64,000 nucleotides of DNA from Octopus sinensis. Taxonomy: Eukaryota. The translations under genes were made by a program, and so were the position numbers. Of this stretch, positions 12,565 through 24,897 are shown piece by piece. Within the stretch, counting starts at the first letter, position 1; each line of letters opens with the position of its first letter. A model generated the notes under the pieces. That model made no database searches. It saw nothing but the letters and a program-made list of their open reading frames with translations, and was not told where the DNA came from. The stretch spans positions 14,632,001 through 14,696,000 of the forward strand of contig NC_043002.1 in NCBI RefSeq assembly GCF_006345805.1, in the 5' to 3' direction.

Positions 12565-15500
12565 GATTTCTTTACTACCCACAAGGGGCTAAACACAGGG
12601 AGGACAAATAAGGACAGACAAACGGATGAAGTCGATTATATCGACCCAGTGCGTAACTAGTACTTATTTAATCGACCCCGAAAGGATGAAAGACAAAGTC
12701 GACCACGGCGGAATTTGATCTCAGAACGTAACGGCAGACGAAATACCTATTTCTTTATTACCCACAAGGGGCTAAACACAGGGAGGACAAACAAGGACAG
12801 ACAAACCGATTAAGTCGATTATATCGACCCAGTGCGTAACTGGTACTTATTTAATCGACCCCGAAAGGATGAAAGGCAAAGTCGACCACGGCGGAATTTG
12901 AACTCAGAACGTAACGGCAGACGAAATACCTATTTCTTTACTACCCACAAGGGGCTAAACACAGGGAGGACAAACAAGGACAGACAAACGGATTAAGTCG
13001 ATAATATCGACACAGTGCGTAACTGGTACTTATTTAATCGACCCCGAAAGGATGAAAGGCAAAGTCGAGCACGGCGGAATTTGAACTCAGAACGTAACGG
13101 CAGACAAAATAGCTATTTCTTTACTACCCACAAGGGGCTAAACACAGGGAGGACAAACAAGGACAGACAAATGGATTAAGTCGATTATATCGACCCAGTG
13201 CGTAATTGGTACTTATTTAATCGACCCCGAAAGGATGAAAGGCAAAGTCGACCACGGCGGAATTTGAACTCAGAACGTAACGGCAGACGAAATACCTATT
13301 TCTTTACTACCCACAAGGGGCTAAACACAGGGAGGACAAACAAGGACAGACAAACGGATTAAGTCGATAATATCGACCCAGTGCGTAACTGGTACTTATT
13401 TAATCGACCCCGAAAGGATGAAAGGCAAAGTCGACCACGGCGGAATTTGAACTCAGAACGTAACGGCAGACGAAATACCTATTTCTTTACTACCCACAAG
13501 GGGTTAAACACAGGGAGGACAAACAAGGACAGATAAACGCATTAAGTCTATTATATCGACCCAGTGCGTAATTGGTACTTATTTAATCGACCCCGAAAGG
13601 ATGAAAGGCAAAGTCGACCACGGCGGAATTTGAACTCAGAACGTAGCGGCAGACGAAATACCTATTTCTTTACTACCCACAAGGGGCTAAACACAGGGAG
13701 GACAAACAAGGACAGACAAATGGTTTAAGTCGATTATATCGAACCAGTGCGTAATTGGTACTTATTTAATTGACCCCGAAAGGATGAAAGGCAAAGTCGA
13801 CCTCGGTGGAATTTGAACTCAGAACGTAACGGCAGACAAAATAGCTATTTCTTTACTACCCACAAGGGGCTAAACATAGGGAGGCCAAACAAGGACAGAT
13901 AAACGGATTAAGTGTATTATATCGACCCAGTGCGTAATTGGTATTTATTTAATCGACCCCGAAAGGATGAAATGCAAAGTCGAGCACGGCGGAATTTGAA
14001 CTCAGAACGTAACGGCAGACAAAATACCGATTTCTTTACTACCCACAAGGGGCTAAACACAGGGAGGACAAACAAGGACAGACAAATGGATTAAGTCGAT
14101 TATATCGACCCAGTGCGTAATTGGTACTTATTTAATCGACCCCGAAAGGATGAAAGGCAAAGTCGACCACGGCGGAATTTTTAACTCAGAACGTAACGGC
14201 AGACGAAATACCTATTTCTTTACTACCCACAAGGGGCTAAACACAGGGAGGACAAACAAGGACAGACAAACGGATTAAGTCGATAATATCGACCCAGTGC
14301 GTAACTGGTACTTATTTAATCGACCCCGAAAGGATGAAAGGCAAAGTCGACCACGGCGGAATTTGAACTCAGAACGTAACGGCAGACGAAATACCTATTT
14401 CTTTACTACCCACAAGGGGCTAAACACAGGGAGGACAAACAAGGACAGATAAACGCATTAAGTCTATTATATCGACCCAGTGCGTAATTGGTACTTATTT
14501 AATCGACCCCGAAAGGATGAAAGGCAATGTCGACCACGGCGGAATTTGAACTCAGAACGTAACGGCAGACGAAATACCTATTTCTTTACTACCCACAAGG
14601 GGCTAAACACAGGGAGGACAAACAAGGACAGACAAATGGTTTAAGTCGATTATATCGAACCAGTGCGTAATTGGTACTTATTTAATCGACCCCGAAAGGA
14701 TGAAAGACAAAGTCGACCTCGGCGGAATTTGAACTCAGAACGTAACGGCAGACAAAATAGCTATTTCTTTACTACCCACAAGGGGCTAAACATAGGGAGG
14801 CCAAACAAGGACAGATAAACGGATTAAGTGTATTATATCGACCCAGTGCGTAATTGGTATTTATTTAATCGACCCCGAAAGGATGAAATGCAAAGTCGAG
14901 CACGGCGGAATTTGAACTCAGAACGTAACGGCAGACAAAATACCGATTTCTTTACTACCCACAAGGGGCTAAACACAGGGAGGACAAACAAGGACAGACA
15001 AATGGATTAAGTCGATTATATCGACCCAGTGCGTAATTGGTACTTATTTAATCGACCCCGAAAGGATGAAAGGCAAAGTCGACCACGGCGGAATTTTTAA
15101 CTCAGAACGTAACGGCAGACGAAATACCTATTTCTTTACTACCCACAAGGGGCTAAACACAGGGAGGACAAACAAGGACAGATAAACGCATTAAGTCTAT
15201 TATATCGACCCAGTGCGTAATTGGTACTTATTTAATCGACCCCGAAAGGATGAAAGGCAAAGTCGACCACGGCGGAATTTGAACTCAGAACGTAACGGCA
15301 GACGAAATACCTATTTCTTTACTACCCACAAGGGGCTAAACACAGGGAGGACAAACAAGGACAGACAAATGGTTTAAGTCGATAATATCGAACCAGTGCG
15401 TAATTGGTACTTATTTAATCGACCCCGAAAGGATGAAAGGCAAAGTCGACCTCGGCGGAATTTGAACTCAGAACGTAACGGCAGACAAAATAGCTATTTC

Positions 15501-15907
15501 TTTACTACCACAAGGGGCTAAACACAGGGAGGACAACAAGGACAGATAAACGGATTAAGTCTATTATATCGACCCAGTGCGTAATTGGTACTTATTTAAT
15601 CGACCCCGAAAGGATGAAAGGCAAAGTCGACCACGGCGGAATTTGAACTCAGAACGTAACGGCAGACAAAATACCGATTTCTTTACTACCCACGAGGGGC
15701 TAAACACAGGGAGGACATTCAAGGACAGATAAACGGATTAAGTCTATTATATCGACCCAGTACATAATTGGTACTTATTTAATCGACCCCGAAAGGATGA
15801 AAGGCAAAGTCGACCACGGCGGAATTTGAACTCAGAACGTAACGGCCGACGAAATACTGCTAATCATTTCGCCCGGCGTGCTAACGATTCTGCCAGCTCG
15901 CCGCCTT
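12565..15907 (-). repeat. SINE-derived satellite: 18 tandem units of about 183 bp ending in one SINE head
   Basis: Unit starts counted at 12565, 12748, 12931, 13114, 13297, 13480, 13663, 13846, 14029, 14213, 14396, 14579, 14762, 14945, 15129, 15312, 15495 and 15676; head gctaacgattctgccagctcgccgcc at 15879-15906. Confidence 0.95.
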
Positions 15908-16297
15908 TGATTGTCTTATTAACATTGATACGTAATTAAATTCCAAGCTTAGCATATCGTATTTCCATTTTTACTTACATTTCGATATTTTTGTTCAGTT
16001 GCTTTGCCATAAGCTCATAAACTGTTTCGTTCATGTTACTCGTTGTTCATCCTAATGATCTTATCCGTTGAATAGTATATAACATGTATTTAGCGAATGA
16101 TATTAAATTCAACTCTACATCGTTACTTCAGCACGTTGTCCAAATCTAGGAATGGAATATTTCCAGTATATCTATATAATATATGTATTAGCGTTTTTAG
16201 TTGTTTATTATGTTGATACTTTATGATTAAATCATCATCTTTCTCCTCCATAATATTGTAGCTTAATTACGTTTTGTTCATATTATTGGCATCAATT

Positions 16298-16487
16298 TCT
16301 GGTACAACGCCCGTAATTTCGGGGAAAGGGGTCAGACGGCTATATCGGCCCCAGTGCTCAACCGGTAATCATTTTATCGACCACGTCGATGAAAGGCAAA
16401 GTCGGCCATGGGCAGGTTTTGAACAGACGGAAAACAGCTAAGCATTTTGTCCAGAGCGCTAACGATTCTACAAGCTCGACGCTGTAA
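16298..16487 (-). mobile_element. SINE family B monomer
   Basis: gatgaaaggcaaagtcggcc..gctaagcatttt..gctaacgattctacaagctcg. Confidence 0.7.
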
Positions 16488-16844
16488 TTTCCTTTATAAT
16501 ATTGGATAAAAATGCTTGAAAGTCCCCGGAGAATTGTAGTTGAAGGGTATAGTTCCAGAAAAAATACCTATGCCAAAAGTGATCTGCACTTTTGTTACGA
16601 TATATTCAGAATTGCGTGTCGTAAACACATGATTTATCAAACTCAATTCGATCATTTCCTGTAACTTTAAGTATTTATAATTTCCAATGAAGAATTTCTC
16701 ATATTTAATATTTTTTTGTTATGAGCTTTTTGAGATTTTGCTTTTTATCTTTCTCTAATTTCCCCAACGCTTGATTTTGACATGATTTAGATTTACATTC
16801 TCACTTGAGATAGCTCTATTATCATTATATATATATATATATAT

Positions 16845-17213
16845 ATTATATAAAAGGGCTTAGTAAAATAAATTACTTTGCCGCATACTGAACTCATTAG
16901 AAATAGCAGCTAAAAAACTTTTTTAAAGCTATTTCTAATACTTAAAGAAAATCTCTCTCATATATAGTGTTTGCTTAATTCAACTCACAAAAGTTTGGGG
17001 GTAAGGACATCGAAAATCAAATGCTAAGGTTAGCATTTGATTTTTCGATGTCCTTACCCCCAAACTTTTGTGAGTTGAATTAAGCAAACACTATATATGA
17101 GAGAGATTTTCTTTAAGTATTAGAAATAGCTTTAAAAAAGTTTTTTAGCTGCTATTTCTAATGAGTTCAGTATGCGGCAAAGTAATTTATTTTACTAAGC
17201 CCTTTTATATAAT
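16845..17213. repeat. Near-perfect palindrome: 183/184-bp arms, 2-nt spacer (gg, 17028-17029)
   Basis: Arms compared by eye are exact reverse complements apart from one A/T-run indel (cgaaaatc vs gatttttcg). Confidence 0.95.
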
Positions 17214-17416
17214 GTAATAATTTGAATTCGCCTTGAATGGTCCCTTTGCATACTGAACACTTGGTGAAATTGATTAATAATTAATTAATTTTGCCCTCAA
17301 TTGTTGAAATTATATATATATATATGTATCTTCATATTTGTTCTATAAAATTTTGCTATATACATACGTACATACACACATCTATATATATATATATATT
17401 GGCCTGCTTGCTTAGC

Positions 17417-17500
17417 CAGCGGGGTGGCGTCATTCTAAGGCTAAAACAATGCGAACGCATTGTGACCAGCGATGTGTAACTACATCTGATGTACTGGTCG
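17417..17500 (+). repeat. About 85-bp structured dispersed repeat (second copy 62141-62226, minus)
   Basis: gcggggtggcgt.att..aaggctaaaacaatgcgaa(g)cgcattgtgaccagcgatgtgta..acatctgat..ctggtcgg occurs at both loci. Confidence 0.8.
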
Positions 17501-17528
17501 GTCACGTGATCACGTGATATATATATAA

Positions 17529-17563
<35 letters not shown>

Positions 17564-17762
17564 ACTTATAAACTAGGGCACAAGAAAATTATTTCTATGC
17601 CAATATGCTGATAACATGTACATATACACAAATTTATATATACATATATATAAATACATATATACACATATATGTACAGATATATATTTATGTATATATG
17701 GACATATTTATATATGTATATATGTGAATGAAATTATATATATATATCTGTATATGTACATG

Positions 17763-17794
<32 letters not shown>

Positions 17795-18699
17795 CACATA
17801 TTCGTTTAATATTATCAATTTTCTTGAATTATATAATCCGTTGGGAAGCGAGCAATTACTATGAATGTTAAATTCAAGTGGAAAATCCGCTTTACACATC
17901 ACCATTGAGCTAAATAATTACTTTGAAATGTGCGATATGAATACCGTGTTGTAAATAGTGACTTTCATTTTAGTAATCATATGCATTTGAGAAGCGTAAA
18001 TGTTATTGATTTCTAATAAACAATATGCTAAGTCATTCAGAATAAAAAAAAAAAAAAACAATGTCTACCCTCGGGACAATTCTTTAATGAAGCTACCAAT
18101 TATTATACTATCAATCACACATTTAATTTCATTGAATATATTTGATAGAATTTGTGAGTGCCCTTTATTGATACGTAAATTTATATATCAGCACATCTTT
18201 GTATATTACAATTCGCGTAATATTGTTTCGTGATTCATAAGAAAAAATGTTTTAAAGCATGGCCAAAATCGTTTAAAACCTCTAACAATCTATCATTATA
18301 GAATGGTAGTAACTTTAATGATATATAGACATCAGCATAATGTTGGATTTTGTCTGAGAACTAAACCCTCCCCACTTCACATATGGAAACTGACTTATGT
18401 GAAGGTTTCTAAGAGGGTATGTATGCTACAGGACTGCCTAGCCTGTTACTATTTACGTTTTAGTTAACGCCACAATACTATCCTGTATAGCTGCGCACAC
18501 ACATACACACATACACACACACGCACATCCAGGCACACACAATCATATGCACATTCTCCATTCACACACACATGTACCTAAACATATATATATACATAAT
18601 TATTCAATATAGGGTGGCAAAAAATTTTGTAGAATTTTTTTGCCACCAGCGGCCTAGTGGGAAAAAATTAAATAGTCATAGACCATTTTTAAGTTCAAC

Positions 18700-18963
18700 A
18701 TCACAATCAAGGAACGGCCATAATAGGCCATTCACCCACTAGAAATAACAGCCAAAGCTTCAACCGTAAAATTGGCTTGATTTAATTTAATCAGGTTAGT
18801 TTACCATTAAACAGTAGATGAAACGGTGCATCGTATAAGAAATTACAGGGTAAATGTTTTTTAATTTTCTCCTGGTTTACGGAATTGATGTTATTTTGCG
18901 GTTGAAGCTTTGGCTGTTATTTCTAGTGGGTGAATGGCCTATTATGGCCGTTCCTTGATTGTG

Positions 18964-18965
<2 letters not shown>
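18700..18965. repeat. Inverted repeat with about 73-bp arms (18700-18772, 18893-18965) and a 120-bp spacer; MITE or fold-back-like
   Basis: atcacaatcaaggaacggccataataggccattcacccactagaaataacagccaaagcttcaaccg and its exact reverse complement. Confidence 0.9.
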
Positions 18966-19041
<76 letters not shown>

Positions 19042-19065
19042 ACGTATATAAATACCAACACACAC

Positions 19066-19103
<38 letters not shown>

Positions 19104-19207
19104 CTTACATATACTGGGTCATCCCATAAATAATGCGATTTCTTCAATTACATGAACTAAAAGTCGGAGAGTGACAGAGTAAACTACCTGCATCAACTTG
19201 TACAGTA

Positions 19208-19415
19208 CCACTGCTGCTGCTGCATCTGCTACTACTACTACTAATACTAATACTAGTTATTACTATTATTATTTTTATGATCATCATCATCATCATCATT
19301 ATCATCATCATTATCATCATCATTATCATCATCATCATATTCATTATTATTATCATCATCGTTATTATTATTGCGATCGTTGTCGTTGCTGTTGCTGTTA
19401 TTGTTGTTGTTATCA
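19208..19415. repeat. Compound trinucleotide repeat (CTG)(CTA)(TTA)(TCA)(TTG)
   Basis: Directly visible. Confidence 0.95.
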
Positions 19416-19439
19416 AGGCGATGTCCTGACAGTATCATG

Positions 19440-19790
19440 AGAACACCGGGCGAAATGCTAGCCGGTAATTCGCCAATCGCTACATTTCGAGTTCAAATTT
19501 GACCGAGGTCGACTTTATCTTTCATACTTTCGGGGTTGATAAATTAAATATCAGCGAAATACTGTAGTCGATGTAATCGCCTTATCCTCTCTCCAAAAAT
19601 GTCTGGCCCTGTGCAGAATCACAGTAACACGCTGGACGAAATGCTTAGCGATACTTAACCCGTCGTTACATATTGAGTTGAAATCGCACCGAGGTCGACT
19701 TTGCCTCTCATCCTTTTGGCGTCGATAAATTAAATACCAGTGAAACACTTGTGTCGATGTAATAGTCTAGTCCCCTCCACGAAAATTTCA
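19440..19790 (+). mobile_element. SINE family B, diverged dimer
   Basis: Two successive ..cgaaatgct..gagtt.aaat..ccgaggtcgacttt..tcat.ctttt/cgg.gt.gataaattaaata..gtcgatgtaat units. Confidence 0.7.
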
Positions 19791-20902
19791 GTCGATTATT
19801 TCAACTGGTATTTATGCTAATACTAATGCGTCTCCCATAATCATTAATATTAATATTGTTATTAATATTGCAATTTTCTTTGGTCTCATGTTCAAACACG
19901 TGTTGATATAACACATGAAAGTACAATGAAATCCATGAACTACGAAACCATAAAAATGCTATAGAATTATGAAACCATAAGAAATGTAAAATAAAAAGTG
20001 CATACGAAATTACCTGCATGAATGTACGACGAAAGCCAAGACTATTTTGAAACGCATGTTTTTTTCTTGATTTCTCTTTTACATTTTTTTTGTATTGTAT
20101 GCTTTATTTTCCTTTTTTTCGCCATATTTCAAAACATCATAAGTTTCATCCCGATCACCGCATTAAAAAATATAAAGCATACTTTTAAATATTTAAATAC
20201 AATGTTGAAAGAAATTATAATTAAGAAGTTTATCAACGACTATTATTCAGGAAGCGAAAACCTCTGGATTTTTCGTCTCTTTGTTTCGGTCATAGATCTA
20301 AATTATCCCAAAAAAGTAACGAAAGCCATTTAAGTGGCGAATATGATTCTCATTTGCATGGGAGCATTCCATGAAATGATGTTACAAATTTCAAAATGGT
20401 AGCATCTCTTGACAAAACATCACCAGATTTTAAACAGCAAATCCAACAGTGGAAATCAAAACAGCCCCTCGTCTTCGTATCACCATATTCGCAGATGCTC
20501 TCCCGACATTCGAATGACAATAGGTAGTGGCTTTCACCAACACAAGAATTGAGAACTCCTATATGAAGCTCAGAATAATGTATGGGAATATACAGGATGA
20601 CTTCCAATAAATCAGTGATTAATAAATTTGAGATACCGTCTAGTACATATCACTAGTTAAGGTCTCAATTTTTGTAAAGGAAGCTCACGAATATCAGTGT
20701 AAAATTCGCTTGGCTCATAATCACAATAATGTGAATAATCTTCACATAATTTTGTTTTACAAGCAATCCGGTGGAAGCTCAAAAAGTTTCCTTAATTTCT
20801 AAACTGCACGTTTTTCGAAAATTGCATATCTGTGGAACGGCTACGTAAGAGATTTCAGCTAATAGCGGGTCACTAAGAAGTTTATATCTTTTCTACTCTA
20901 GA

Positions 20903-21101
20903 TACAAGGCCGGAAATTTGGGGGAAGGGGGTCAGTCAATTAGATCGACCCCAGTACGGAACTGGTAGTTAATTTATCGACGCCGAAAGAATGAAAGGCA
21001 AAGTCTACCTCAGCAGAATTTGAACTCAGAACATAAAGACAGACGAAATAATGCTAAGCATTTCACCCGGCTTGCTAACCTTTGTGCCAGCTCGCCGCCT
21101 T
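20903..21101 (-). mobile_element. SINE family B monomer
   Basis: tcgaccccagtac..ctggta..gaaaggcaaagtc..gaatttgaactcagaac..gccagctcgccgcctta. Confidence 0.85.
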
Positions 21102-21635
21102 ACAAGGAAGTTTATATCAGACTAACACCATAAGTAAATATGTTGCTGCAAATAACCTACGCGAAGCTTTACGGAAGAGCAGAGCAGATGTGACATCGAG
21201 ATAAGTTTCAATAATGCAAAAAAAAAAAAAAGCATAAGAAGGTATTCCTTTGACGTATTATTGTTTTGGTACACATAATTCTGTAAACGGGTAAAACAAT
21301 GCATATTCATTTCTATCTTAATAAAAACAAGCATACATACATTTACATGTGTGGTTTTGTGTACGAGCATGTGTGTATATGCATGCGGGTATATGTGCAG
21401 TCTCATTGTAAGTCTCTCGCTACGTATACGTCACGTCCGCATAGGTCTGTGTATGTGTGTTTATGTAACAATCCGAAACGTGAAAATATTGTCTACGTAT
21501 TTTCGGTGGATTTTGAACCCGTTTCGAAGTAAAACTGGAGAGGCCCAAAAGGATTATCCTTATTTTAGTGATATAACTTTATACATATATAAACACACAT
21601 ATACATACTCACACACACACACATACACACACATT

Positions 21636-21671
<36 letters not shown>

Positions 21672-21771
21672 AAGTCAATCGAAACAAGAAAACAAAAACA
21701 AAAAAACAAAAACGCAAGGACGTGGAACAAATAAAGTATTATTGGACGCTCAGGAATGAAAGGAAGAAGGA

Positions 21772-21808
21772 GGGTTGACATTTCAAGCGGAGCTCTTCGT
21801 CGATGCAT
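21772..21808 (-). ncRNA. Degenerate minimal type I hammerhead motif in a Penelope-like terminal repeat
   Basis: Minus strand: UCGACGA-A-GAGC(UCC)GCUU-GAAAU-GUC; core and stem I are damaged; the flank gtattattggacgctcaggaa resembles the 47.7-kb and 61-kb copies. Confidence 0.4.
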
Positions 21809-21859
21809 ATATATATATATATATATATATGTGTACGAGTGTGTATGTATATAGACGTA

Positions 21860-21942
<83 letters not shown>

Positions 21943-22666
21943 AAAATATATATATATGATATATATATAATATATATATATATATATAATATATATATAT
22001 GAATGTATATATATATATATATGCATATATATATATACATACACACGCATATATATATATAAAGATATAGATAGATAGATAAGAGCATTTAAACATATAT
22101 CCAAGTATAAGTACCATATAGTTGTCTGTTTTACTCTCTATCAGGACTTTCATATATATATATATACCTGCATAACTACATACATAAATACAAGCATACT
22201 TACATCGATACACGTATATATACATATATACAGACATACATATATATTCACACACACACATACACACATATATATATATATACATATATAAACACACAAG
22301 CATTCTTGATAAACCAAAGGCATGAATAGCTGATAATGAAAAAGAATATTCCGAAAAGGAATATTTTGAGAAAAAAATAAATCTTGAATTTATTTCGTTG
22401 CCTTTTTAAATATGGACTCAAAAATATTCCGTACTGAAAGGTACCTAATGATGTGTCAACCTCTTCAATCACCATATTTGTCGAAAGCAGCAGCAAGTCG
22501 AAATGATATTCCTTTCATACAGGACCAATCTAAAACTTCGCAGCAGTCCACATGCACAAGCGCACTGCAATTCTCCGTCACATTATAATTACAGAGAAAC
22601 ACACATGCGCACACCAGCACAGATGGTTATATATATGTGTGTGTGAGTGTATATACATATATATAT

Positions 22667-22700
<34 letters not shown>

Positions 22701-22757
22701 CACATACATATACATACTTATATGTATAAATATATATACATACATCTATATATTATA

Positions 22758-22809
<52 letters not shown>

Positions 22810-22907
22810 GACACAAACATATGAATGCATATGCTGATTTCTGTGTGCATAGATATATTCCTAAATATAGATGTATATATGTATATATATATATATGTAT
22901 ATGTACG

Positions 22908-22999
<92 letters not shown>

Positions 23000-23689
23000 T
23001 ATATATACGTATATATATATATGTCTCTCTATATTGTCATATACACACATATGTATGCATACAGGGATTTCTATGTGTTCATGGATATATTCGTAAATAT
23101 AGGTGTATGCATGCATGCATGTATGAATGTTTGTATATAAACCAGAAATCTAAAGCAATAACTGAAGAAATACATCTGTAAAAATGGAACGATACCATCT
23201 AATATATACATGGAGTTTGTGTTCAAGAAATACCCGTATATATATATATATATATATATGAACGAAATATGTGTACGGGAGGGTTTTTGTATATCAGGGC
23301 GGCGTATTTGATTTCATACGTACGTTGCTGTCGTATACAGAGTGTCATAAATATATTTGCGTGACCGTATATGTTTAGGTTTATATGTAAAGGGTCACAC
23401 ATAATCCGAAGTTGTCATATCTCTATGCATACGCAGATAGATATTCATATGAGTGTTGAAATCTGTATGAATACATGTGTGTGTGTGTCGGTGGGTGGGT
23501 ATGTGTTTGTATACATGTGTGTATATGTGTACATTTGAATACGTTATATGAATAAGTATTTATATATATACTTGAACGTCGTTTATACACATATTTTACT
23601 AATATACATATATTAGATGCATATATACATATACATACATATATACATATATAAATTGATCAAAATAAAAACATGATGCCAAGGATTCA

Positions 23690-23767
23690 GCGGTACATAT
23701 GTTTCGGGCCTTTATTAGACAGATTTATGACAATGCATAATGTATGTCTGTGGCCTTCTTCAGCCGC
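23690..23767 (-). ncRNA. Type I hammerhead ribozyme motif (left arm)
   Basis: Reverse complement of the right-arm motif, with the same core. Confidence 0.7.
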
Positions 23768-24066
23768 GCACAACAGCTTCCACAAGGACGTGTTTGATGT
23801 GTTACATCAAAAATTCTTGGTTGGGGATGAAAATCCTCTCATTCGCGTACGACATAATGCGGCCCCTCCATCTTCACGTCTATATATGTATTTATTTATT
23901 TACATTACTTCAACATCAAAATTTCCTCATTCTACATTGAGAGAAGAAAGAGATGGAAGCTTCAATTCTATGCTGCTGCCGCATTATGTCGTACGCGAAT
24001 GAGAGGATTTGCATCCCCAACCAAGAAATTTTGATGTAACACATGTCCTTGTGGAAGCTGTTGTGC

Positions 24067-24144
24067 GCGGCTGAAGAAGGCCACAGACATACATTATGCA
24101 TTGTTATAAATCTGTCTAATAAAGGCCCGAAACATATGTACCGC
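24067..24144 (+). ncRNA. Type I hammerhead ribozyme motif (right arm); predicted cleavage GUA|CCGC at 24140/24141
   Basis: Stem I GCGG/CCGC; core CUGAAGA; A then stem II GGCC..GGCC(C), extended by ACAGA/UCUGU; GAAA; stem III ACAUAUGU (self-complementary); GUA triplet. Confidence 0.7.
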
Positions 24145-24234
24145 TGAATCCTTGGCATCATGTTTTTATTTTGATCAATTTACTCCACCACCTACACCAC
24201 CAAACGGTATACACAGGTGCTCACCCCGAATTTC

Positions 24235-24298
<64 letters not shown>

Positions 24299-24460
24299 TT
24301 GCATAACACACATGCATACACACACATGCACACACGCAAACAGTTTCAAGCACGCTCGCAAGCTCTCATACACACACATACACACACACGTGCATGTAGG
24401 CATGCATATATATATATATAATATATATATATATATAATATATATATATATATATAATAT

Positions 24461-24506
<46 letters not shown>

Positions 24507-24851
24507 TATCTATTACTGTACAAATTCATATCTATTTATCTTAATGTAATGTACGCGATTGTTTGTGTATATGCATCGTTGTTTGGGGAATTTTTTTCTT
24601 TACAAAAAAGGCATAACAGTTCATGCATACGTAAATATAGATACGCTTGCTTCTGTGTACATAGGCATGTAAAAATGTACTAGTGTAAGTGTTTGTGTGT
24701 ATGTGTGTGTGTGTTTCTCTATGTATTTAAGTGGTGCGTGTGTCTGTATATTCATTTATATACTTATATAACAATGCACGTTTTCATAATTATATAATGA
24801 CACTGATATATTTATATATATGTATACATCTGCATATATCTATATGGGTAC

Positions 24852-24897
<46 letters not shown>

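Larger units (their letters stand above)
23652..24182. mobile_element. Fold-back element: arms 23652-23863 and 23978-24182, 114-bp spacer; each arm carries a hammerhead
   Basis: Arms are reverse complements with about 4 substitutions and one 7-nt indel; mirror ORFs 23673..24002(+) and 23916..24161(-) start with the same peptide. Confidence 0.9.

Noticed and set aside
12565-15907. CRISPR-like regular array
   Set aside because: Units are homologous along their whole length with no unique spacers, derive from a SINE, and there are no cas genes.
12565-15907. Self-cleaving ribozyme in the 183-bp satellite unit
   Set aside because: Several hairpins are present (gtcgat-tat-atcgac, ccagt-gcgta-actgg, GAAA/UUCG loop), but I found no hammerhead, HDV or twister core on either strand.
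20340-20610. Possible host exon
   Set aside because: No recognisable domain or convincing splice sites; stops in the candidate frames.
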